A model generated the notes under the pieces. It was not told where the DNA came from. It ran no database searches and saw nothing but the letters and a program-made list of their open reading frames with translations. Position numbers and translations under genes: made by a program. Positions 23,083 to 31,315 of a DNA stretch of 63,590 bases are shown here, piece by piece (position 1 is the first letter of the stretch; the number at the start of each line of letters is the position of its first letter). The stretch is from Acidimicrobiia bacterium (GTDB taxonomy: Bacteria > Actinomycetota > Acidimicrobiia > IMCC26256 > JACDBD01), in contig DASZGY010000137.1 in assembly GCA_035938395.1 (NCBI GenBank), forward strand, positions 1-63,590. The letters run 5' to 3'.

Positions 23083-24165
23083 TCACGCTACGCGGGCGAG
23101 CCACTCCGTCGGCCGCGCGAGCTCGTCCATCGTCGGGAGCGACTCCGGACCGCGCCAGGCGGCATCGATCGCGCGCGGGCCGCCGACACGTACGACCTCG
23201 GCGACGAACGCCTCCCCGACCTCGTACTGGCGGAGCTTCGACTCGAAGCCGAGCAGCTTGTACAGGATGCCCGCGACACCCCGACTGCGACGGCGCGCCT
23301 GGAGCACGCGCGCCATGCGTTCCTGGCCCGCGATGTGCGCCCGGCCGAGCTCGTTCATCACGCTGTTGCCATGACCTTCGAGCAGCGACATCAGCGCCTG
23401 CACCTGGGCGAGCACACCGCGCTGCTCGCTTGACGCGACGAGCGCCACGAGCCCGCCGTCGTCGAGCGGGTTACGCCCCTTCCGGAGCTCGTCGGCGGCG
23501 CGCATCATCGCCTGCACGAGCCGACCGGGATCCGGGTCCACGATCGCCAGCGCCTGTTCGACAAGCGACAGGAAGTATCCCTTCAGCCACGGCACGGCGG
23601 TGAACTGCGCGCGGTGCGTCACCTCGTGGATCGCGATCCAGAGACGGAAGTCGCGCGGCCGGAACGCGTACCGCTTCTCGAGGGCGAGGATGTTGGCACC
23701 GACGTAGTAGACGGCGCCGTTGGCGTTCGACGCCGCGGACTGGTCGGGATCGTCGGGGACGAGGAGGTCGTACTGGCCGAGCACGCGCTGGGCCATGAAC
23801 CCGAGCAGCACGCCCATCTCGGTGCCCGCCACGCGCCGCCCGATGGGAGCGACCGGGCTGCGCGCCACGCGTTCGGCGACGCGCGCCGTGAGAGGGTGGA
23901 GCATGCGGCGCATCGACCCGACGTTGGCGTGCACCCACTGCGCGCGGTCGAGCACGCACGCCGATGCCGTTCCGGGAGCGTGCAGGCCGGTGAAGTCTCC
24001 GACCAGCTGCTCGGCTTGCGTCGTGACCGCCGAGAAGTCCGAGTCGAGCGACCCTCCGAGGTAGGACGCCGCGATCGGCTCGCGGCCCGCGAACCGGCGG
24101 GCGACGCGCTCGGCAAGCTCCCAGTCGACGGGCTCGGGGGGCGCGGCCGTCTGGGTCTGGGTCAC
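23083..24165 (-). CDS. Zinc-dependent metalloprotease (DUF2342 family)
   Basis: HEVTH zincin motif, MSLLEGHG, KLRQYEVG; GTG overlaps the upstream TGA. Confidence 0.88.
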   Translation of the reverse strand: MTQTQTAAPPEPVDWELAERVARRFAGREPIAASYLGGSLDSDFSAVTTQAEQLVGDFTGLHAPGTASACVLDRAQWVHANVGSMRRMLHPLTARVAERVARSPVAPIGRRVAGTEMGVLLGFMAQRVLGQYDLLVPDDPDQSAASNANGAVYYVGANILALEKRYAFRPRDFRLWIAIHEVTHRAQFTAVPWLKGYFLSLVEQALAIVDPDPGRLVQAMMRAADELRKGRNPLDDGGLVALVASSEQRGVLAQVQALMSLLEGHGNSVMNELGRAHIAGQERMARVLQARRRSRGVAGILYKLLGFESKLRQYEVGEAFVAEVVRVGGPRAIDAAWRGPESLPTMDELARPTEWLARVA

Positions 24166-24392
24166 TTGTTGACCGGGCGTCCGCGGTACTTGGGTCGGAG
24201 CACCCTGACGTAGTACCCGACACCGAGGGCGAGGAGAAACAGGATCGCGCCGATCATGAGCAGCGGGCCGACCCAGTAGAACCACTTGTAGCGATCGTTG
24301 GCGAGCACCGGTCCCGCGCCCGCCGGCGCGGCGCTGAGGGCGATCGCGGCGACCATCGTGAGCGGAATCGCAGCGAGGCGGATGATCTTCAC
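24162..24392 (-). CDS. Small membrane protein (76 aa), unknown function
   Basis: Signal-like N-terminus ending APAGA, one TM (WFYWVGPLL...GYY), basic tail LRPKYRGR; stop overlaps the next start. Confidence 0.7.
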   Translation of the reverse strand: MKIIRLAAIPLTMVAAIALSAAPAGAGPVLANDRYKWFYWVGPLLMIGAILFLLALGVGYYVRVLRPKYRGRPVNK

Positions 24393-24463
24393 AGGCGGTG
24401 GCTCCTGGCGTACTCGGACGTCACCGTCATCGTAGAGCCGGCAGCGTGTCCCGCTCGGGTCGG

Positions 24464-24715
24464 TCAGACGACCTCGGGGCCGCCGCGCTCTTCCTCCGTG
24501 ACGCCGATCGCCTGTGCGATCCGGCGCTTGAGCTCGGGAGGAACCTCGTCGCGACATTTCGAGGCGACGACCTGGCGCAGCTCGATCTCGAAATCGAAGC
24601 CGTGCGCACAGGGGGGGCACTCGTCGAGATGCCGGGCGATCGCGCGCCGCCGCCACACCGTCAGCTCCCCGTCGAGATACTGGTAGATGCGAACGATCGC
24701 TTCGTCGCAGTCCAT
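24464..24715 (-). CDS. rshA: Zinc-binding anti-sigma factor RshA/RsrA
   Basis: ZAS motif HLDECPPC, YLDGEL; directly downstream of the ECF sigma gene. Confidence 0.88.
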   Translation of the reverse strand: MDCDEAIVRIYQYLDGELTVWRRRAIARHLDECPPCAHGFDFEIELRQVVASKCRDEVPPELKRRIAQAIGVTEEERGGPEVV

Positions 24716-24724
24716 CTCTTCCCG

Positions 24725-25306
24725 CTATCCCCCCGCTGGGTCGGCTGCCGGGTGGAGGCCTCGCTCCCCCGCAAATTCCCACAACGCCTTCTGGAGCTGC
24801 CTTCTTCCGCGATGCAGGCGACTCATGACCGTCCCGATCGGGACGTCCATGATCTCTGCGATCTCCTTGTACGAGAAGCCCTCGACGTCGGCGAGGAGCA
24901 CCGCCATGCGGAACTGCTCGGGGAGGGCTTCCAGCGCGTCCTTCACCATCTCGTCCGGGATCGCGTCCAGCACCTCGGCCTCGGGTGTGCGGTCCGCGTT
25001 CGCCGCTTCGAGCCCGCCCAGCCGCCGGTAGAGGTAGAAGTCCTCGGTGTCGTCGAGGTCGACCTCGTCCGGGCGGCGCTTCTTGGCCCGGTACGTGTTG
25101 ATGAACGTGTTCGTGAGGATCTTGTAGAGCCACGCCTTGAGGTTCGTGCCCTCGCGGAAGCCGCCGAAGCCCCGGTACGCGCGGAGATACGTCTCCTGGA
25201 CGAGATCTTCGGCGTCGGCGGGATTGCGGGTCATGCGCAGCGCGGCCGAATACAGGGCCGACATGTACGGCATCGCGAGCTCGGCGAACTCCGCCTGGTC
25301 GGCCAT
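24725..25306 (-). CDS. sigH: ECF sigma factor SigH/SigR
   Basis: [38 protein letters not shown]. Confidence 0.9.
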   Translation of the reverse strand: MADQAEFAELAMPYMSALYSAALRMTRNPADAEDLVQETYLRAYRGFGGFREGTNLKAWLYKILTNTFINTYRAKKRRPDEVDLDDTEDFYLYRRLGGLEAANADRTPEAEVLDAIPDEMVKDALEALPEQFRMAVLLADVEGFSYKEIAEIMDVPIGTVMSRLHRGRRQLQKALWEFAGERGLHPAADPAGG

Positions 25307-25359
25307 GCCGCCAGGGTACCGCCGGGCGTCAAATCGACCCGGAGCGGGCCTGTCGGCGA

Positions 25360-25533
25360 GCTCGGCGTGACCTTCCAGATCGCGCCGCTCCCGCCGCCGA
25401 CGTCGGTCGAGATGTACAGGTTGCCGTCCGGGCCTTCGACCGCGCTGCGCAGCCGGACGCCGTTCGCCAGGATCGGCGTCGCGAGGGACACGTCGCCGTT
25501 CCCCTCGAGGAACATGACGCGCAGTCGCGCTCC
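25360..25533 (-). pseudogene. C-terminal remnant of a PQQ-dependent sugar (glucose/sorbosone) dehydrogenase
   Basis: Translates to GARLRVMFL...[20 protein letters not shown]...AIWKVTP, resembling the last propeller blade of this family; high GC3; no RBS or proper stop. Confidence 0.65.
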
Positions 25534-25563
25534 CGGGGAGGACGGATCCTGATCCTCCCCGGG
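25532..25563 (-). terminator. 11-bp perfect stem-loop downstream of rpf
   Basis: CCCGGGGAGGA/TCCTCCCCGGG inverted repeat with a 10-nt loop, 17 nt after the stop. Confidence 0.6.
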
Positions 25564-25579
25564 CTGCGCCGATCGCCGC

Positions 25580-26151
<572 letters not shown>

Positions 26152-26268
26152 GCGGCTCGGCAGTGTACGGCGGGCTGGAAATCCCCCGGACGGCCCGGAT
26201 AGCCTCATCGCCGCAAATCGGACAAACGGCGCGGGGTCCTGCCGCGCCCGCCGGGCGAGAGGGGAACC

Positions 26269-26793
26269 GTGACTCGGCGCCAGCGACGGCAGCAACGCCA
26301 TCGACGCCAGGCCACCCGTGCTGTGGCGGCGGGGGTAGTGGCCGCCGTGCTCGGCACCGTCGGCGCCCTCGGGGGCATGGCCGCCGCGTCAGACGCGCCC
26401 CAGCGGCCGCACGCCCTCCGCCGCGCACCCGTCGCGATCGAGCCTTCTCTGCTGTCCGCCAGCGCAACGGTGCAGGCGCGGGCCCAACTGCGGTACTCGG
26501 TCGCGGTCCTCGAGCAGTCCGCCGCGCAGCAGGCGGTTCAACAGGTATCCCAGGATTCGATCTGGGACCGGATCGCCGCCTGTGAGACGCAAGGCAACTG
26601 GTCGATGCGGGGACCGTCGTTCTCGGGGGGCGTCGGCTTCGCGAACAGCACGTGGTCGAGCTTCGGCGGCACCGAGTTCGCCGCCAACGCCGGCGACGCG
26701 ACACGTGAGCAGCAGATCGTCGTGGCCGAGCGCGTGCGCGCCCGAGTCGGGATGGGCGCATGGGGGTGCGCCAAGCGGCTCGGCCTCAGCTAG
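26269..26793 (+). CDS. Second Rpf-like transglycosylase (secreted, divergent)
   Basis: WDRIAACETQGNW...GGVGF..STW..FGG...ATREQQI..AE; N-terminal signal/TM. Confidence 0.85.
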   Translation: MTRRQRRQQRHRRQATRAVAAGVVAAVLGTVGALGGMAAASDAPQRPHALRRAPVAIEPSLLSASATVQARAQLRYSVAVLEQSAAQQAVQQVSQDSIWDRIAACETQGNWSMRGPSFSGGVGFANSTWSSFGGTEFAANAGDATREQQIVVAERVRARVGMGAWGCAKRLGLS

Positions 26794-27863
26794 CTCTTCG
26801 CCGCCGGCAGCTTCATCAACAGGCGCTCGAGGAGGAGAGTCTCGTTCGGGTTGAACTCGAACGCGTCGCGCGCCTCTCGGCACGCGTCGATGGCCTCCAT
26901 GCACGCTCGCGGTGTGAGCTCGAGCACGGGCCGGTCCGTATTGAGGAGCGGCGCGTCCTTGCCGGCGAGCGCGTCGCGGTAGACCGACTCGAGCGCGGTG
27001 ATGCCCTCGAGCAGGAGGTCGGTCCGGGCGCGTCGGTGCTGGCGCTTGTGACGCTCGGCCTGCCGCTTGAGCAGCGCGGTCCGCGACCGCTCGGGATACC
27101 CGGCGCGCTCGAGCTCGGCGCTCAGCTCGTCCACCTCGACCGCGTGCTGCCCGTCGAGACTGGCCACGGCGACCTGCAGCGCTTCGGTCACCTGGTCGAC
27201 GCCGCGCATCGCCGACCCGCCGGTCCCGTCGAGTTGCGCGGCGACGGTCACGAACGCGCGTCGCACGTCGCCGAGGACGCCGAGCATCGCCCGCCCGCGG
27301 TCGAGCCGGCCGCCTGCCAGCCGGGCCGCGAGCCCGGCCGACTCGGGATCGGCGCGCTCGTGGACGAGCGCGTCGCGCAGCGCCGCCTCGGGGAGCGGGG
27401 CAAGGTCGATGCGCTGGCACCTCGAGCGCACGGTCTCGAGCAGCTCGTCCGGCGACGAGGTGACCAGCATGATCGTGCTGCGAGCAGGGGGCTCTTCGAT
27501 GGTCTTGAGGAGCTTGTTGGACGCCTGCTCGTTCAGCCGGTCGGCTTCGAACACGGCGACGACCTTGCGTTCGGCCTCGATCGGGGCCCGGTGCGCCTCG
27601 CGGATGACGGCCTCGGCCTGGGCGACCAGGATCTGATTGCCCTCGGGCTCGAACTCGACCACGTCGGGATGCATGCCACGCAGCACGAGGTCCTGCACGC
27701 GCTGGTCGTGGTCGGGCGCCACGACCTCGGCCGCGAAGCAGCGGGCGGCGTCCTCCAGTCCCGACCCTCGCGGCCCGACCAGGAGATAGGCGTGCACGGG
27801 ACGCTCGGAGGCGCGCTGCAGCAGCCCGACGGCGCGCTCCTGACCGACGACCCGATCCCACAT
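26790..27863 (-). CDS. holB: DNA polymerase III subunit delta'
   Basis: WDRVVGQ, HAYLLVGP, HPD, ASNKLLKTIEEPP, TVRSRCQ; follows tmk. Confidence 0.9.
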   Translation of the reverse strand: MWDRVVGQERAVGLLQRASERPVHAYLLVGPRGSGLEDAARCFAAEVVAPDHDQRVQDLVLRGMHPDVVEFEPEGNQILVAQAEAVIREAHRAPIEAERKVVAVFEADRLNEQASNKLLKTIEEPPARSTIMLVTSSPDELLETVRSRCQRIDLAPLPEAALRDALVHERADPESAGLAARLAGGRLDRGRAMLGVLGDVRRAFVTVAAQLDGTGGSAMRGVDQVTEALQVAVASLDGQHAVEVDELSAELERAGYPERSRTALLKRQAERHKRQHRRARTDLLLEGITALESVYRDALAGKDAPLLNTDRPVLELTPRACMEAIDACREARDAFEFNPNETLLLERLLMKLPAAKS

Positions 27864-27958
27864 GGTCGTCAATCTACGGCTCAGCTCCAGCCCTGCCCTC
27901 GTGGTGCCGATACACCAGGGGCGGGCCGGAATCACACGAGGCAGGGGAGGGCGGCGTT

Positions 27959-29245
27959 TTGCCGCCTCGAGAGAAAGAATCGAGAGCACTCCGGGACACC
28001 CCGGGACTGGCTCCGATGCTGGCGGCGGCTCTTCTCGCCCGAACCGGTGCGACGATGGTCGGCCTCAGCATGGGCTTCGTCGCCTACGAGCAGACCGCCT
28101 CCGCCTTCACGCTCGCGGTCGTCGCGGCGTCGTTCGGCGTCGCGTTCGCCGCGTCCAGCCTGATCGCCGGCCATGTGCTGATGCGCATCGGGCTGCGAGC
28201 GATGCTCGTCGGCGCGCTCGCCTCGCAATTCGCGGGTGCGCTGGCCCTCGCCAGTGTGACGAGCACGGCCGGCGCCGACGTGACGTGGCTGATCATCTTC
28301 AGCGGCGTGGCCGGCCTCGCGTCCGCGCTCATCTTCGTGGGATCGCAGATGCTGCTCCACGGGGTTACGCCTGGCGACCATCTCCAGCGCGTCGTGTCAC
28401 TCGATTCCGCGACGATGAGCGTGTCGCGCATCGCCGGCCCCGCGCTGGGCGGGATCCTGCTCGCGGTGATCGGCATCCCGCCGGTGTTCCTGATTGCCGC
28501 GTTCTCCTACCTGCCGCTGCTGGGTGTCGTCTCGGTGCTCGCGGCCCGCGTGAACGATCCGCCACCGGCCCATCGACCTCGCCTCCGCGAAGCAGCGCGG
28601 TTCTTCGGGCAGCTCCGGATCCTGCGCTGGGCGATCCTGACGGCTGCGCTCGCCGAGCTGATCGCGCTCCCGCTCGTGCAGATGATGCCGGCCGTCACCG
28701 AGTCCCTCAACCGGGACGCCGCCGACCGCCTCGGGATCCTGGTGGCGTGCGTCGCGGTGGGTTCGGTCGGGCAGATCCTGGTGATCGAGCGACTGAGAGC
28801 GCGGCACGACACGCGCGTGATCGTCGGCGTCGTGTACGTGGCCGCAGGAGCGCTCCTCCTCGGGCTCGCCCTGGACGAGGAGCTGTTCGTCGCGGGCGCT
28901 CTGCTCATGGCGTTCGGCCTGACCGTCTCGATCGGTCGGACGATGCTGCTGACGTCGGTGCACGTCGCCTCCCCCGACTCCCACCGGGCCCATGTCCTCT
29001 CGCTCTACATCTTCGTCACTGCTGCTGCGACGCCCATCGGCGCGCTGCTCTGGGGCGTGGTGGCCGATCGGCTGAACATCGACGCAACGCTCGGGGGCGC
29101 AGGCGTGCTGCTGATGTTCGGTATCGGCGCCGGTCTGATCTCGATCCTTCGGCGGGACGCCGACGCGCCTCCGGACGCGGTCTCAGACGCGGCGGACAGC
29201 GCCACGAGCCCGCTGCCGGCGGCGGTAAGGACGCCGGGTCACTAG
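27959..29245 (+). CDS. MFS transporter
   Basis: About 12 hydrophobic helices; RIAGPALGG motif. Start may be the ATG at 28016. Confidence 0.85.
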   Translation: MPPREKESRALRDTPGLAPMLAAALLARTGATMVGLSMGFVAYEQTASAFTLAVVAASFGVAFAASSLIAGHVLMRIGLRAMLVGALASQFAGALALASVTSTAGADVTWLIIFSGVAGLASALIFVGSQMLLHGVTPGDHLQRVVSLDSATMSVSRIAGPALGGILLAVIGIPPVFLIAAFSYLPLLGVVSVLAARVNDPPPAHRPRLREAARFFGQLRILRWAILTAALAELIALPLVQMMPAVTESLNRDAADRLGILVACVAVGSVGQILVIERLRARHDTRVIVGVVYVAAGALLLGLALDEELFVAGALLMAFGLTVSIGRTMLLTSVHVASPDSHRAHVLSLYIFVTAAATPIGALLWGVVADRLNIDATLGGAGVLLMFGIGAGLISILRRDADAPPDAVSDAADSATSPLPAAVRTPGH

Positions 29246-29847
29246 ACCTCGAGCCGCGCTTCCACGAGCTCCCAGACCCGCGCGCCGACGATCTGCTCGT
29301 CGGCGCGGCCGTCGAGGACGACCCAGCCCCGATCCGCGGCCAGCGTCCGGTACGCGTCGCGAACTGCGGCATGGAACTCGGCACCGGCCCGCTCGAGCCG
29401 ATCCCCCGGCGTCGCGCGGCGTGACGTCGCGATCGCCTCGTCGACGTCGAGCACCACGACGAGGTCGGGCTCCAGGCCGCCGGTCGCCCAGCGATTCAGC
29501 TTCTCCACCTTCTCCACGCCGAGCCCGCGCCCGACTCCCTGGTACGCGAGCGAGGAAGGGACGTACCGGTCGCTCACGACGTCGGCCCGGCGCGCGAGCG
29601 CGGGACGGATGACGTCGGCGACCTCCTGCGCCCGGTCGGCGGCGAGGAGCAGTGCCTCGGTCGTCGGGTCGATGGGCCCGTCACCGTCCAGTAGGAGCGC
29701 CCGGATGGCCGCGCCGGTCTGGGTCGCGCCGGGCTCGAACGTCTCTACCACGTCACGATCCCGGGAACGCAACCGGTCGGCGAGCAGCCGAGCCTGGGTG
29801 CTCTTGCCGCTGGCGTCTCCTCCTTCGAGGACGATGAAGAGCCCCAC
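29242..29847 (-). CDS. tmk: Thymidylate kinase
   Basis: EGGDASGKST, FEPG, DRAQ, SDRYVPSSLAYQG. Confidence 0.96.
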   Translation of the reverse strand: MGLFIVLEGGDASGKSTQARLLADRLRSRDRDVVETFEPGATQTGAAIRALLLDGDGPIDPTTEALLLAADRAQEVADVIRPALARRADVVSDRYVPSSLAYQGVGRGLGVEKVEKLNRWATGGLEPDLVVVLDVDEAIATSRRATPGDRLERAGAEFHAAVRDAYRTLAADRGWVVLDGRADEQIVGARVWELVEARLEV

Positions 29848-31266
29848 CTACGCCCCCGGCTCGGGCGCGACGCCCGATGCGACGCGCCCCCGTTCGCGCT
29901 TGCGCGCGCGCTGCACTGCGCGCCATGAGACGAAGCCGGCGAAGAAGGCGATCAGCCCGCCACCCCACAACGCGATCCGAACCCCGGGAAGCGCGTACGT
30001 CGCCCCGCCGATCTCGATGGCCTGGTCGGTGAAGAGGGCACTGGACACCGCGTCCCACATGTCCGCCCACAGCGGCGAGATCGTCAGCGAGATCAGCAGG
30101 CACAACCGGATCACCGTGTAGAGCGCGGCGAACGTGCGGCCACGCAGCTCGTCCCGGACGTTCTCCTGGAGCACCGTGAAGCCGGTCACGTACGAGGTCC
30201 CGGCGCAGGCGCCGACGACCGCCGTCAGCAGCACGGCCAACAGAGTGCTCGACGTCGCGGCCGTCGCGATGAGGGCGAGACCGGTGGCCATGACCGCGAA
30301 CTGGAAGACCGTTTCGCGCGACAGCCGTCGTTGCACGACCAGCAGTGAGACGACGCCTATGGCCGCGCCGAACCCGAGCGCGGTCATCAGCAAGCCGAAC
30401 GCCGCGCTCCCGCCTCCCAACACTTGATCGGCGAAGACGGGCCCAAGTGGGATCATCGCGCCACCTCCGATGATCCCGACGCCGATGCCGATAATCACGG
30501 CGCGCACGAGACGGTCGTGACGGATGAAGCCGATGCCCTCGGAGATGTCGCGGAGGGTCGCGGTCCAGTCGACCCGCTCGCCCTGCCGACGAGTCGTCCG
30601 CGGGATCGGCAACCGGAAGATGATCAACGCGGACACGAGGAACGTCAGCCCGTCGACCCACAGCGCGAGGAACTCCCGATCGACGTTCAGGGAGGCGAAT
30701 GCGCTGAAGCCGCTGAGCCACACCGCGAGGTACGACAGCAGTGCGAACGCGAGTGACGCCACAGGAAACGTCCCGAACGCGGCGAAGAGACCGAGCGAGT
30801 TCGCCGACGTGAGCTGCTTCGTGTCGACAAGGTTGGGAATCGACGCGTCCTTCGCCGGACCCCACAACAACGAGAGGATCTCCAGCAAGAACGACACGAC
30901 GACGAGCCCCATCAGGCTGTCGACGAACGGGAGCACGGCGAGGAGCCCGGCTCGGCCGAAGTCGCACGCGACCATGACGCGCCGGCGGTCGAAACGGTCG
31001 ACGATGACACCGCCGACCGTTGCGAGGAAGAAGCCGGGCACGACCCGAGCGACCATCACGAGGCTGACGGCGGCCCCGGACCCGCCCGAGACTCGCGCCG
31101 CGATGGCGAGGATCGCGATGATCCCGATCCAGTCGCCCAGGCTGGAGACCACCTGAGCGATCCACAACTTGAAGAACGAGCGAGTGCCGAAGACGCGCCA
31201 GAAGGCCGGCGGCAGGCCGGTCTCCTCGGGAGAGGCGGGGATGAACGGTGCCGGCTTCTCCGCCAT
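29848..31266 (-). CDS. MFS transporter (tmk-associated)
   Basis: FFKLWIAQVVSSLGDW, DRFDRRRVM motif A, GRTFA; its stop abuts the tmk start in frame. Confidence 0.9.
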   Translation of the reverse strand: MAEKPAPFIPASPEETGLPPAFWRVFGTRSFFKLWIAQVVSSLGDWIGIIAILAIAARVSGGSGAAVSLVMVARVVPGFFLATVGGVIVDRFDRRRVMVACDFGRAGLLAVLPFVDSLMGLVVVSFLLEILSLLWGPAKDASIPNLVDTKQLTSANSLGLFAAFGTFPVASLAFALLSYLAVWLSGFSAFASLNVDREFLALWVDGLTFLVSALIIFRLPIPRTTRRQGERVDWTATLRDISEGIGFIRHDRLVRAVIIGIGVGIIGGGAMIPLGPVFADQVLGGGSAAFGLLMTALGFGAAIGVVSLLVVQRRLSRETVFQFAVMATGLALIATAATSSTLLAVLLTAVVGACAGTSYVTGFTVLQENVRDELRGRTFAALYTVIRLCLLISLTISPLWADMWDAVSSALFTDQAIEIGGATYALPGVRIALWGGGLIAFFAGFVSWRAVQRARKRERGRVASGVAPEPGA

Positions 31267-31315
31267 CGCGAGGGTCAGGTTATGTGGAGCGCCGCCGGCC
31301 CCGACAGACGAGCGA

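Noticed and set aside
27640-27790. HolB lacks the Cys4 zinc module and has a degenerate Walker A
   Set aside because: Such variation is common in delta' subunits; little novelty.
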